Positions 13,901-28,300 of a stretch of DNA of 64,000 bases are shown piece by piece. Numbering within the stretch: position 1 is the stretch's first letter; each line of letters starts with the position of its first letter. Source of the stretch: Takakia lepidozioides. Its lineage: Eukaryota > Plantae > Bryophyta. The notes beneath the pieces are model-generated. The model did not search any database. It was not told the DNA's origin and saw nothing but the letters and a program-made list of their open reading frames with translations. The stretch spans positions 21,080,001 to 21,144,000 of the forward strand of contig CM060733.1 in the NCBI GenBank assembly GCA_030704615.1. The letters run 5' to 3'. Both the position numbers and the translations under genes were made by a program.

Positions 13901-16900
13901 CCCAGCAGCCTCTGCCCTGTCTCCTGTTGTTCCATCCGAAGGCCCCTGCTTTCTGAGAGAGAGAAGTGAGTCTCCACCCTCCTCGTCATCTGAACAATTG
14001 GACCTCTCAGACACCTCCGGCTCCGCGTTAGACTCATCTTCGAGAGACAAATCCCCATTCGCTTCACAGCCAGGGGCTTCTGGGTCTACACTGCTAGCTC
14101 CAGGCAGTAGGTGGGTGTCCTGCTCCCACTGCTGTACCACCACCTGCTGCTCCTGGCTGACAGCATCAACCTCTTCCCCACCTTCAGCATCCCTTAGCTC
14201 ATCTCTGGGACTCAAATTACTGTCTGGCAGATCCTCCTCTGCATCACTTACCACAAACTTGGAACATGACTGTACTCTCTCTCTTGCCCTTTTCCCTCCA
14301 TCCCCTGACAAAACTGGAACAGTTCTCTCGCCCGGGCGTCGCCATATAGGTAGATCCATATAGTCCATTGAAGCCTCTGATCCCCTGCTTTCTGTACAAG
14401 TTTCTCCCACCTTATCCTCCTGTGCATCTTGATTGTGCCTTGCAGGTGATTGTTGAAGGTCACTCCCCTCCACTTTTAGCAACAGGGCCACATTGTTCGT
14501 GCAAGGTTGAATAATCCCCTCAATCACAGTCGAAGGTAAACAGTCATCATTAATCACACTATCCCTTAAACCGCTGCTGTCACACTCTGTCCCATTGGAT
14601 TCAACTAAAATAGTCCCATTAACGTTATTTTCACCTAAAATAGTCCCATTAGCGACCACGTGAGCTTGGGCAAGGTCTGAATGGGCAGGCAGCTCAGAAT
14701 TCGGCTTGTACCAAGCTTCAGCCACCCTCTCATGTGTAGCTTGGAAGCTCCTACTTTCAAGCCTCTCGTTGCTGCTGCAGCCACCATTCTGGTGGTGATT
14801 CCCAAAAGACACTCCTCCATAGTCTGGTGAATTGCTCCCGCGAGCACGCTTGGCTGCCTTTGTCTTCTTCCACTCCCACTTCCTTTTCTCCTCATTGGAC
14901 ATATCAGCGTACGATATTGGCAAGTCCTCATCTGAGTCAGACAGCTGGGGAGCCTTTCCATTACCTGAAGATGGCGCAACCTCTCCATTCCCAACCCTGT
15001 CGTTTGCCCCATCAAATGCATTCTCAACCACCCTGTTGGCACTTCCAGACACTGTGCCCAAAGGCCGCGGGGGCTTTACAATCAGCTTCCTAATGGTCCT
15101 TGTAGGCTCCAGCTGCGAAACCCCTCCAACCTCAATAGGTCTGGGAGGTTGAACAGGGAGTGGCTCATGGGCTGTACCATCCGGATCCCCTAGCTGCTCG
15201 TCAACCCCTTCCCCCTCTTCACACCTCACACCATCCAAGCCCACTCGTGGACCACCTGTGTTGCGCAGTTTCACCACTAGCTTGCGGTGTGATCGAGGGC
15301 GCCTACAATCACCATGGTTGTCAGATGCCTCCACTCTACCAGTTGTCACCTCATCCTTATTTTCAGGTTGTTCAGGCTCCTCGGTTTCTTCCTGTAGCCC
15401 TCCTTGCAGTGGTTCCTCCAATGGAACAATATCCCCAGTTACAGCACCTGGTACACCCTCCTCCTGTTCAGAGCCTCTTGTTGTCTCCAAAGGTGATTCT
15501 TCTGGGCAGGCATCATCCTCATCCTCCTCGTTTGTACCACTTTCGAAGGTGGAAAACAAGTTCAGGGCGTTCCGGGCGGCTAGGCGCTTGGGACGGCCCG
15601 AAGGAGGGTCTTGCGAAGAAGCTGCTCCTCCACGCCCTGTTGATGTCAGTGGTCTGGATGCTCTGCATGGTCTTCGCCGTGGTCGCTTTTCACAGCTGTC
15701 ATCGTCGTCAAATGTCCGCCTCCGCACCCGCCTGCCTGATGCAGTGTGGATGTACTCCTGCCCCAATAAAACAATGGCAACTCACACTCTGTGAACTCAG
15801 ATGCTCGAATGTTATCAAGTTCAACAGTCCTGATTGCTTTGTTGCATGCTTGCATCTGGCTATCTAATAAACACATTAAAAACACACAATAATCTAGCTG
15901 CCTAGCACAGAGGGCTTACAGAGCCCACTTGTCCTCCTTGCAAACAAGTGACCTTCCAGTAGCCAGAGGTCCACCTTGTTGGACCTTGGAGTTGTCACCA
16001 CGAATGTTTCAACCAGTACACTGCTTGTATCTCTTGAAGTGTGTCCATATCAAACTCCCATGAAAAAATTCATGATGTTACCGCATCATGCACAACTGTG
16101 ACAATTCAACCCTTGCAAAGTCAATATCAACTCAACAGAAAAAGAAGTAAAATCTGAACCTCTGTTTTCCGCTTATTCCTCCGTGATCGCCGCAAATGAG
16201 TCCGACCATCTCTCTCTTCATCTCCCTCCTCTTCCTCGCTGTCCAACCCCTCATCATCTAGGCTATCACCACCCCTCTCCACACCTTCCTCATCACTCAG
16301 ACTCTCTTCACTCGCACTGTAGTCAGAACCTGTATCTTCACTAAGCCCTGCAACTTCTTGTTCCCAGTCCATCGCTTCATCCACCTCTGAGGGTTGCTCC
16401 ACCCATCGGCTTGCCCCCCCCAAAGCTACGCCTCGCCGATCACGTCTTTCAGGTGAGGGTGCGATGGCTGGTTGGAATGCTACAGGTTGGTCAGCAGGAC
16501 TGGCGTAAGCTGCATCATCAGATGTGCCTATGGCAAGGAACACATTTGGAGGCTGCCAGTCAATCCCAAGAGCTCCCAACCGTCGTTGCTGATATATACT
16601 CTGGTACGGCTCTGGGTACGGAATCATATCTGCAAACATTTCAAACCATTAAGCAAACTTCATAGGAATCAGTATAGTGGCGACAACCACTTACAAACAT
16701 TCTATAAATCCCAATAAAGATCCAGTGGGGGAAAGATAGACTCAGAGAGAGAGAGATATAGAGAATGTACTCATACAACTCTATTTGCCTCAGCCTTGTG
16801 GCCATAGACCCCACACCCAGTTTGGACGGAAACACAGGAAATAGACACTACCTTTGTGAGGGGCTCACTCCAGTAGTGGGAATTACCATGATATACACAA

Positions 16901-19900
16901 TGATTTCAGACTTTCCAGATATCCTCTAGAAAACCCATCACACAAGCATCAATCCGCTGTATGGATAAAAGAAATGGTGGATAAAAGAAAGTACGATCTG
17001 GGCCAGAGTCTCTAGGCTACAAGAGGAGAGGCCACGTACTCGCATCACATAGAAGATCTTGAATATTACGCTGGTGTGGTGGGAGCTGTGTTTCCTGCAA
17101 GAGTATGTAGAGTAGGAAGTCAAGTGTTGATAGAGAAAAAGGTATCATAGAGTAATCAGTACTACTCGAAGCAGTCACATTCTGTCTACATCACTATTGA
17201 AGAATCATGATTAAAGCACCTGCCTTTACAAATACTCCTCACCTATTCCTTCCAACCATCAAGCTAACTGCCTCTTGGGTGCTACTGGTCTTTTCTTATG
17301 GTTACTAGACACCAATAGATTTGCTGTCACGGAATAGTTGTATACTTACAGCATCCAGCACATTGCCAAACGTATCTCGAACCAATGGGCGGAAATCCCC
17401 AAGAAAGAACTGCAAACATTAGAAGGCAAAATATCAATCACAAACTCAATGGATGATCTTTGTCACTTAAATCATCTCATCCCCTTTATATCAGGGTCAA
17501 TTTCTTTGAAGAAACCATTACTATTACTATCCAGAGGCTGAACGTACCTACAACCCATTTGTTACATGAAACAGTGAGTATAGTTCCACACTGTGCAAGC
17601 ATGGCCTAATAGTGTAAGCAATTGCCCTATTAAACTGGCTACATCACAATACTGCTCTGCATTATCCAGCCAGAATAATGAATAGCCTTCAACCAAATTG
17701 AGCCCCTTCATTGGAGTTGTCTTCGAAATATGCTACATCAATACAAACAGATGAGTATTCCCAACCTGGTCATATTTTACATCTTTGGATGACATTTCTG
17801 GTCCTGTCCCAAAGACGTAGATTTGGCCAACTTCATCAGACACCACTAATGATGCACCATCACTGCAAGGACCAACCACAAATGTCACAAGCAGGAAATG
17901 GAAAATTAATAGCAACTTCTGTATAATCAGCCTGGGAAACAAAAACACAACCAAGTACCACGATCTTGGACATCCAGGGAGATGAGAAAGAGACAACCAC
18001 TTACGGAGAAAAGTTGCCATCTACCAAGTTGTATTCTCCAGTTTCATAAACTTTAATTGGGTGACCCTCCCAAATCTGCCCAAGACATCAAACTGCAATA
18101 CTCAACAAATCAATATGCAAAGAGACCTAGCACTAGCAGCTTCAAACCCAAAAAATGTTTGAAACACACAACAAACCAGATCAGAATTGCTAAACGTAGC
18201 TGACATTTTATGAAGAAACAGGCCCAGCGAAGAAACTATCGGTGGACTTACAAGCCCAATTACAATTTTCCATTTAATTGCTCTAATGTGGTTCTTGTTT
18301 TATCCAAGAGAAGGTAAAGACCCCTATGCATGACTCTACTTGTCTTTGACGTGGACACAACATCTTTTGCATAAATCTTTGATGTGGACACCTCTATACA
18401 AACCTACAAATAGAAGAAACTGACCCAGATCTGTGACAGGACATCCTTAGACAAAAGAGTGGTAAATTTTATACAACCTCGGAATCCAGTCAGCAGGAGA
18501 ACAGTATAACGAGATTTGGTGTCATGGAATGCCATGCTTGCAGGGTATCGAGGATGCAAAGGCAGTGTTCAACAATATGGCTGAATGAAATGTGGTGTTG
18601 TGGAACGCGATGCTTGCAGGGTATGCATAGCAGGGGCGCGGGATGGAGGCTTTGGAGACCTATGAGTAAATGATGGTGGGAGGGATGAAGCCCGACCCCA
18701 CATGAAACTTTGAAGTGAAATTACTCACATCCCAGATGATCACACGACCATCATAGCCAGCACTCATAGCTATCCTTGGATTGAAGGGATGAACATCCAG
18801 CACATAGGTCTGCAACCCAACCAACATACTCATATATAATGGGCTTCTCAAGATCTAACCACAATTAGGAAACATATATGTCTCGAGTCAAATGAGTCTC
18901 ACTGACAACCGCCCTAAGCATGTATACCAGCAATCTAATAAACAGGCCCTCCCACTTCCCCTCTCTCCACGCACAAGACTATGGTCATCACCGCTCATCC
19001 AATAAAATATCAGTAGAAAAAATTCATGAAGCTACTTTTATAGACCTGCTTATCATGGCCTGTGAGGGAATGCACTAAGCTGCCATCCACTGCATTCCAC
19101 ACACATATCCGGTGATCTGCACCCCACAACAGCCAATAGTAAGTATAGGGCTGCTATGTCAATTAGCATGAACATAAGGTATACAAAATGCTCACCAATA
19201 TTAATCTTGCCATAAAAGGTGCTAGTACAGCGTAATTTGAGTAGACATTATGCTATTCTTCTAGTCAATAGCCCTCATTTGAGAACAAGCAGAAACTATC
19301 ACCCACCCATGATAGCAGCCAGCACAAATCTGTTATCCAGGCTCCACACTATCATGTTTACCCCGCGTGGAGTTGGCAGGAGACGCTGTCGGGGTCCGCC
19401 TCCTCGAGGGGGCTGGGGAGGCATTGGGGGTGGTGGAACACGCAAGTGATATGCCTTTTGCCACCGGCCCACCTTCACCTACGGCGTATGTAGAAGACAA
19501 CTCATTTAGGGACTGCACACATAATAAGCAAGATTCGTTGCTGTTCTACAAGACCTCTAGAAACCAAAGTCCCTGCCACAAAGCTAATAAAGTTAGGAGT
19601 GGCAACTGCACTGCACAATGCTGGACACTTTGAAGTCCTACTTAGTACAACAAAGAATCCAATAGGTCACTCCCTTAACAATCACTGTCAGGAAACAGAT
19701 CATATTTGATAGCTAAAACACAAATTGCCTGAACAAGAGAGTGAGAGAGAAAGACTTGGCCTAGAACATATATGCAGCAAAATGAACATGACTCACATGG
19801 TGTTTCCGTGGCTTGGGTGTCCAAATGATGGCGCTACCATCCCTTGAGCATGTGACAATGCTATCATGCGCAAACCTGCACACCATACCAGAAAAACAGC

Positions 19901-22900
19901 AGCTTTGATCAAGGAGTTCCACAATCCCATCACACGGGATCCATTATCCAAGGGTAGCAATTTGCACTACTGTATTCTGGGACTGAATCAGGACAATCTG
20001 GTTGCAAGTACATAAAATGATCGTGGAAATGACATCAAGAGGATTTCAAAACAATACCAACCATGAGTTTTTGAAACGGGACGCTTGATCTTCCTTGGTG
20101 TTTTCTGCAGGGAATGGCCTTGATGGTGCAGCACATCCACTTCATCACACCACAAACCCAGCCCCACATCCAGTTAGAAAACTGCCCAAATTCTAGCGAG
20201 CGGCTAGGATCTCATCAAATGAACCGTGACATACACCACATCTTGACTGAAGCTATATTGCCAAGCAGAGAACTGGGTGCCGATAAACCACAAATATGGC
20301 CATCTCTCATAACACTGTAGACATGCATGCTTCAAGACAGTCTCTCATTCAAGGAAAGCTAACTCAACAGTGAGGAGAGACAAGTTATTTACTTACCTAA
20401 ACTGAACATAGTTCACGTCGTGTTCATGACCTTTGAGAGTATCCAACTCATAGTTAGGCCTTCCAGTGACATCATCATTCCATTTGCGGGCATCCCATAC
20501 CTGTCCCGTCAAATGGGGCCCACTACAAAAATTAGCATTGACGTCATACACCACAACATACAAAAATACCAAATACCATAACACTAACAACAGATACAAC
20601 TCCAAAACAAATAACAGACAACACATTTTTGTCACAACTTCAGGTTGAAATCTTTGGGTGTACGTGAGAAGCACAACAGCCCAATCCAAGAACATACCCG
20701 AGCCATCTTGTCTGAACTGCCCGTGACGAAGATGCTGCCATCAGCATTGAAAGCACAACAGAGTACTTGATTGCCGGCGGGAACTGCGGATGGGGCCGGG
20801 GGAGCGATTCCTCTTGAAGCTAAAACACAGATATACACATAGATGAGAAGTAGTTAAACTATTCACAAAGTTTGCACCATGCAGGTGGAACAGTTTCAGT
20901 CTCTCAGGAACCTTAATGGGTAATGCCTTCAACTATTGAAATAGCAGAAAATGAAGGGAGCGCAACAAAAGAAACCCCTGTCAGTGTCATCCATAAGCTT
21001 CACATTGTGGAGAATCCTTGGCACAATTCCGCAGGTCTCTTTATCACTGCCTCACAGACAAGAGACCCTATGTCTTCTCTCATATTCAAACTACATCCCT
21101 CGAAACTTATGCTCTCCTTTGGGAACTGCTCAATAAGTTAAGCCTGCAAGCTGCTGATTTCTACAGAATGAATTGACTGCACATACTTGTGGGAACATCT
21201 TTGGGGTTGGGCATGTAAACACGTGAGTTGAGTGATGAGTCCTTGGCATCCCAGATACGGCATGTCCCATCATCAGAAGTACTGTTCAACATCACAAGTA
21301 TCAGTAAAAGGTCTCAAAAAAGATCTTATAAACAGTTCCCTTAGTTAGCAAAACCATGTTGAAAGCAAATTGATTTAGGAAACCATTGACTGGACACTCC
21401 GAGTATGAGATGCAGATATCGACATGCTTCCCTTTCTGTCCAGGCACTTGATTTAGCTTTCAGTGTCCAGTAACTTTCACTTCTACACTGAACAGTAGCT
21501 GACCACTGTTTTTCTGCTAGAAACTGGCGACTTACGAGAGTAGTAGGTGCTCACAGCCCTGCCGAGGGCTGAACGTGATGGCGGTTACAGCAGCTGTATG
21601 ACCCCTCAATATAGAGACTGGAACTCCATCAGGTAATCGCCACTGTAAGCATCATGTAAAACTTTGTCACTTAGCTATTCTGGGGGGTACAGCTTTGCCA
21701 TATCAGTTCCTAAACAGGATATCTGGCTTGCTCTGTTGAAAGGATGTCTACCTAGTTACCAAACAAGGTGTAGGAACTGAGCAATGACAAGGCATCTGAG
21801 CACATGACATGCCTTTACATGCTTAAAAGGCCGAAAGACCAAACATGCCCAAATCTGATCTGTTTGGCAATCCTAATGTCGAACATTTAAAAATATGCAC
21901 AAGAAGTGAGTCTTACAACACGGATGGAAAAGTCGTTGGATGCCGAAGCCACAAGCGTATTGCCACTGCTGACAGCCATGTCTGTGATATCTCCCTGTGA
22001 CACAAGCAATCAATAACCTTACAGTCAACGTGGAAGAGAAGAGGAGTTCCCAAAGTGGTGGTGAAGTTCTGCCCATGGCAAAGGCGCCCCTGCAAGTTAC
22101 AGGATCTAGTGGTCCAACAGATCATAGAACAACTACAAATGAGAGGAAGGTAGCCAAGACTGCAGTAAAACACACCTCATGGCCACGACAACTGCGCAAG
22201 CAAAGTCCAGTCTCAGTGGACCAAATCTTCACTAGCCGGTCATCGGAGCCTGTAATCACGTACTGGCCTGTTCTATCAAAAATCGCTGCACACCCAAGTA
22301 GAAACAGAATAATTCAGCAATTTCGATCATCTCAGAATAGCACTGCATCTCTCCCTCCCTTCCGGCTTCGCAGAATTTTGATCCTGAAGTGAAAAGAAAA
22401 ACCAAATACAGAATCACAGAATGGTGAGCCAATAGAGGCAACAACCCTCACATCAGAAACTCACGACGCCGAAACAGGACCATGCCAAGGATTTTATTTC
22501 GTAATACTGGATCCCTCCAAATCACTACATCACAGTCCAACCTACGGTGCAACAAACAAGAAACTAGTGGCAAAGCTTGCCTCCACTAGTACATGAGAAA
22601 CACTATAGGGCAATGCTCCTTAAAGATGAGTGTAAATCCAGGATGAGGCCAAACTTCCAAGATAGCAAAACTTACTTCAGCAACTTCCCAGGCAGATCCT
22701 ATACCCAGAAGTTATTACATAATTTTGTACAGATGTAAACTGGCATGCTACTTACCACAATAGACTGCATTGCGATGTCCCCTCAGCCTCTTAATGATTT
22801 GTATCCGATCCACCAAAATGCTGGGTTTTGTGATAACATAGCTTGCAGTTCGAAGAGAGGGTGCCCTGCGGTGCCGTGCAAACCCACCGCCAAGTTCTCG

Positions 22901-25086
22901 CAACATCAAACCATGCACCTGCTTTGTAAGAAATTAACATAAGCACATCAATACTATTTAACCTGCACATCAAAGGCTGAATGATTTCATCAATCTGAAT
23001 GGCCAGGGCTACAGGAGTCAGATGCAGGCTTCATACTCAAGAAAAACAAACACTAGAGAGACATCAGCCACTAGCAGGGGAGAATTCATTGAAACCCAAG
23101 CTTTCTAGGCATAGGCACACATTCCATACAGAGAAACACCACACCTGATCAGCTTGCCAATGTGGCCACCGCAGCTGCCGTGTCCATCTGGAGACCTCTT
23201 TGGAAGCCGTGCTCCTATGCGCTGAGAAACCAGGAATAGCGTTGTATCTTAAATGGAATCCCACACAGCACACCCCCATCCTAGGCAATCTTCTTCCCAT
23301 TCAGACAGGAGAGAGAGAGAGAGACACTTCCAAAATTCTCAAAGTGGCAACTACCTCTTAACTACTAGTTAAAAGGGAAATGTAAGAAATTTGCAGGGTT
23401 TCTTAAACAACTGAAGTAAATGGTCACAGCCTTACTCATGAGGCAACCAGTGCTACTCCTCTATAGATCATTACAAGTACAAGGAACCCTGGAAATTACA
23501 TGATCTTTGATCTCAAGAATCAGGCTTTGGCTTTTAGCTTTCGACTGACAGCCCATAACTCTCGCACATTTGAGAGGACAACATACTATCCAGGGGAGAG
23601 AATGTGCCTGACTCCTATCATGATTTGTGATCTCAAGAATCAGGCTTTAGCTTTTAGCTTTCATCTGGCAACACGCACCTCTCACGTAATTGAGAGAATC
23701 GCATACTTACAATCGAGGAGAGAGAATGTGCCTGAACCCAATAGTGTAGGAGCATCGGCTGCAGTAGGTATCTTAGAGTGCATGGGCTCCAAGGCTGCCA
23801 CCGACCGTCGGTTATGCACAAGCAATTGCTCGAGAAGTTTCACCAGATGTTGATTATCAATATTCGGGCATCTGCACAGCCCAGCAGAATGCCTCCTGAA
23901 GTTAATCAGTTGATTGTGACCCTTGTCATTCAATGGCCCAGTTATTCACAAGCACAATGGAAGATTATCCCAACATGTGCCTGTATGGCTGCCTGCCCTA
24001 GAAGTAGGGTGAACAGTCTTGAGTTTAGAGTCAGTGGCTTTGCCACACATAAAGTTTGTCATATTCAAAGCCTCACACGGACTCTCTCCTACAACCCATG
24101 GACATAGTAAATACTTTTCTGTCTCCATGTGCCGGGCTGTTGTTGACACACTAGTCCTACTGAATGCACCATATAGTCCCTAGTATGTTGCAAAACTCAA
24201 ATCAATACTGGAGAGAAATGCCATTGGTATGCTGAATATCATGCCCAGTGGGTGTAACAGCGATAACTCTCTGACATTGACATCCTGTTAACTGGCATAC
24301 GTTGGCAGATTGCTTAGGGCTGCCTCATTTTAGGTACACGTTAAGTACCAAGGTCCACTTCCACTTGAGGACCCAAACCCCGCATCAGCTAGAAGCTGCT
24401 CAGAAGCAGAGTGGAAAGCTCTACAGGAAATGCTCCAACAGAGATACGTTCTGCCAATATGACCAACTCATTGACAGGATCTTGTCTCCCCATCCCTCCT
24501 CAGCTTCTCCTCCTCAAGAAAAATTTGATTTGGTGTGGCATCTGGAAAGGATGAGAAGACTCACTGTCACCCCAGGCGATGCCACCTTGTGTTTTCAATG
24601 ATAGAGAACAGAAGAAAGGTGAAAGAATGCACAGCTTTGGCAACAAAGGGTGTAGATCTCCTGGGATTTGATGTACCTTGTCACAATATCAGAATAGGAC
24701 AAGGGAAATGATAGGCCGTCGTCGTTTTCGTCCCCACTCTTCTGCCCATCCCTTGAAAACCAGGCATGGAATCGCCGAGGAAGGAGCTTGTGTTGCAATA
24801 GTTCATTCCATAGCTGAAAAAATGCCCGCGTGCATGGTCCACTGGAAAGGAAATGCATGACCAAGAAGTAGACCTCGGACATATCCACATTAATATCATC
24901 CACTGGGAAAGTTCCTTTGTACAATGTTGCCAGAGAACCAGACACTCCAGTGTGGTCCAAGGGACCAGCTAGTTCTGGCTGTTGCTGCGGCAACGATGAT
25001 GCAGCCAGGGAAGCCACATCCATGGGGAAGACCCCCTTGCAGGCCGCCATGTTGCTACTCACACAAACCACCCTAAGTGCCTGCAT
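10952..25086 (-). CDS. WD40-repeat and bromodomain protein (BRWD/PHIP family), about 25 coding exons
   Basis: N-terminal [15 protein letters not shown] and [14 protein letters not shown]40 exons [54 protein letters not shown] and [19 protein letters not shown]. Then [21 protein letters not shown]...PDSPWE and the terminal bromodomain-like [27 protein letters not shown]. Canonical splice sites on the minus strand. The start may be the ATG at 25050. Confidence 0.93.
18510..18700 (+). pseudogene. PLS-class PPR gene fragment inside a BRWD intron (antisense)
   Basis: Translates as [13 protein letters not shown]...[46 protein letters not shown], with three in-frame stops. Confidence 0.8.
23500..23739. 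repeat. About 120-bp diverged tandem duplication spanning a BRWD exon/intron junction
   Basis: ATGATyTkTGATCTCAAGAATCAGGCTTTrGCTTTTAGCTTTC...GAGAGAATGTGCCTGA occurs at 23500 and 23620. Confidence 0.85.
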
Positions 25087-25304
25087 GCAAATGTGGCCCC
25101 AACGAGGTCTTAGTTCCTTGGTTGCTCCATCCTCTCCCTCTCTCCAAGTCTACATGCATGTACACCAGAAATTCACAACTATCACTCTCTCTCCCAGCAA
25201 AACAAGTTCGTGCCTCCCACAGCCTCCTGGCTCCTGGACCTGAACTTGTTGGAGGCAACATCATGCTGTAAAGGCATACTCATGGCCACCCAGTGTTGAG
25301 CCAG

Positions 25305-25307
<3 letters not shown>

Positions 25308-25375
<68 letters not shown>
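25308..25375. repeat. (CT)n microsatellite
   Basis: Long perfect CT dinucleotide run. Confidence 0.97.
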
Positions 25376-25378
<3 letters not shown>

Positions 25379-28300
25379 GCAGTGATGTGAGGCCACCAAT
25401 TTATGAGTGAATGTGTAATGCTCAAAGGTTTGCAGATAAATGATTTATCATTAAGACCAACAGGTAAGGTACCTCACATAAGTCAAGGATTCCAAGACAT
25501 CCACCAGACTAACTTTGAAGACAATAATGACTTGTCGCTTCACACCCCACATGCCATCTAGATTTCTGTTAAGCAGCAAAACTGCTCGATATATATCAAG
25601 TCTATGCAAGACATTGCTACCCTCCATTCTTAGTGTCAACGATATTATGTGCATTGCCATGAAAGCTCCTCGGATTGAAACGTTTCAGCCCCTAAGAGCT
25701 GGCTTCCAAAAAGTTTCTGGGAAGGTACTTACTTCATGATCCAGAAAACCCCAGATTGCCATACCCAAATTCAGGTAGTAGAGCTACCAGACTTCAATTC
25801 CTTATCAAGAGACATGTTAGAAAAACGATCCGCTTATCTATTGTACCAGGTACAAAGTTGGGAACCTTGATCCTCACAGAAAAGTGAAAAGTGCTGACAT
25901 TGTGAGTTCCAATCTTCCTGGGCACTTCGCTGACCGCAAGACCACTCGAAGATAGACACGATTTGCCCTAATTAGCTGATGCCATTACCTATGTTGTCAT
26001 TTAAGCCATTGGAATTGCATTGTACACTCGTCTGATCCAAAGAGAATCTGTTCCATTCGAACATCAGCTGCGGCTGTATGTGTACCAGCGACGACTTTCT
26101 GGCGCCAGGTCATGAGAACCTAGCCATTGACCACTACGACAAAATGGAGAGAGAGCCCAATCGAGGGTTAAAACGCTCATATCCGGCAGTCCACACATCT
26201 CTGATACCAGCCGAGAAGGTTCTAAGCAAGACCAGACAGTGAGTCATAGTCTCAGGAGATCTGAAAGAGGTGATTACGTAAGCTTTCGGCCCACAATTAC
26301 TGGTCACGTAGTTTCATGGAACCAGTGTTCACATACATGATGCTGTCTGCGCCTGCCGTGTCACCCCTCCTGAAGCCTTGATTGCCTCGCTTCACTTTCC
26401 AAGTTCTTCAAAGAATCTGCCCTTGAATGAGCGGGCCCTTCTGATAATCAGTAAAAGAAGGGTTTCCTACAGAACACACTCCATACCTTAATATGTAACA
26501 TCCAATCTGCTGCCAAACAAAGGTAACGAGTTTCCGTTAACTTTCTTGCCGTCTCCTCCCAACCTCTCTCAAATCCTACTCTTTACAGAGATCGATGCAA
26601 GCGTCAGACTCCCCCTTTTCACTCGGAAGGCCCAGAATGCGGTATGTCTTCAAAAATAATTTCTTTGATAATCCTTATCTCTCCTCATCTTCACAGATCA
26701 CTGTAAATTGATTAGATTTCCAAATAACGAACGGACATGTTCCCACTAGATAAGAGAGCCAGATTCAAACTCCTACCAATCATGGCTTGTGCAGAATACT
26801 AGTGATTGGCAACCTGTATCATCTAACATAGGACGCCATGCTTTGTCCCAGACGGCCGTTTAGAGCAATGGCCGCAGAGAGGTTCAGAGAACTTAATTCA
26901 GAGAGTAATGACCTAGCACAGCAAAAACACTGTTTTCCATTGGGATGTGAAGGCCAGGCACACACAAGCACAGCGGGAAGGTTCACATACGGGAAAGGCA
27001 TATGGAGATTTCCTCACGAATCTCCGAACTAGAAACCCCCCTTCGACACTGAGAAGCAGAAAATGAAAAGGCGGAACCAGGGAATCCAAGAGAGACAGAG
27101 AGACAGAGAAAGAGAGACAATGGGCCACAACGGGTGACACCAAATTAAGATGTCCAAAATCCTTTCCTAAGAGGAGAGAACGACGTTAAGAAATCGCAGA
27201 GATAGATAGACTCAGAGACGAAGGCGGAAGGGAGTCAACACCGCAACCGAATAAATACCATTGGATGCTTATTGAGAGACGGCGTGCATGTGTGTATCGG
27301 TATTAGAGGTTCCCCCCCATGCTGAAAAACAAACCCGATCAGGCTAGCAGAGCGACGAGCAATAGAAACCGGAGAAAGGCAGGACCTAAGCTGAGGGCAG
27401 CAAAAGGAGAGAGACGACAAACGGACGGCCCGATGCGATCTTTCCCGCCCCAGACACATCCTGGCCGTGCGTGACGAAGCCCAACCACCTAAGGCCGTGC
27501 GATCACATCCTGCCACGTGCCCCGTATATACCGAAACCCCTTCCGGGCGATACGAAGGTGCCCACGGGCCCCGGTCACCGGGCCACCCTTCACCGCGCGG
27601 CCTCTCTGCCTCTTCACTGCGCCCCCCGCGGCTACCGCGCTCCTTCCTTTCGCCGCCCTACTCATTTTCAAAGTCCTACCTCCTTCATCCTTTCTCATTA
27701 TTCATCCATCCATCCACTCTGCTCGAAGCATTCACCCGGTCACGGTACCCGCGAGTCCAGCGGGACATCTTTCCAAATTACATCATTAAAATAACAATAA
27801 TAATTACCCTATTATTAGCTCAAATGTCGGAGATGGAAGGCACGGAGAAGAAGCCAGCGACGACCGGCGGCTGGTCACGCCCGGCCCGCGGTCAGCTGCG
27901 CGGCTGTGATTCGCACGTGCGGTCTGCCTTAGTTTTTGTCTTGGAGCACTTTGTCCGCAGCAGCGTGGCTTTATAACGTTCATCACTGTGTACCTTATTA
28001 TTACTCTGGCCCACTGGATGAGCTACTGCTCTGTTCATTATGACCGTTCATCCATCTCCTTTATCGCTGCTGGAGACATTCATCCAGAGGATATTCTCCC
28101 GTAAATGACGCGGCTTCATTTGTCAGTTATCTTACCATTTTGCGCTGCAGTTACTCATGTGCCACCGTGATTGACTCGTGTACTAATATTAAAAGGGACA
28201 TAGGTATAGCTGTAGGCACATTTATTGACGGTCCCCATCTGGGCCTAAAGTTTGAACCCACGAGCAGCAGCGTCCCAGAAAAGATGGGAGGGGTGCGTGG

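Noticed and set aside
13998-15867. Plus-strand ORFs of 120-235 aa
   Set aside because: They are antisense shadows of the large BRWD exon.
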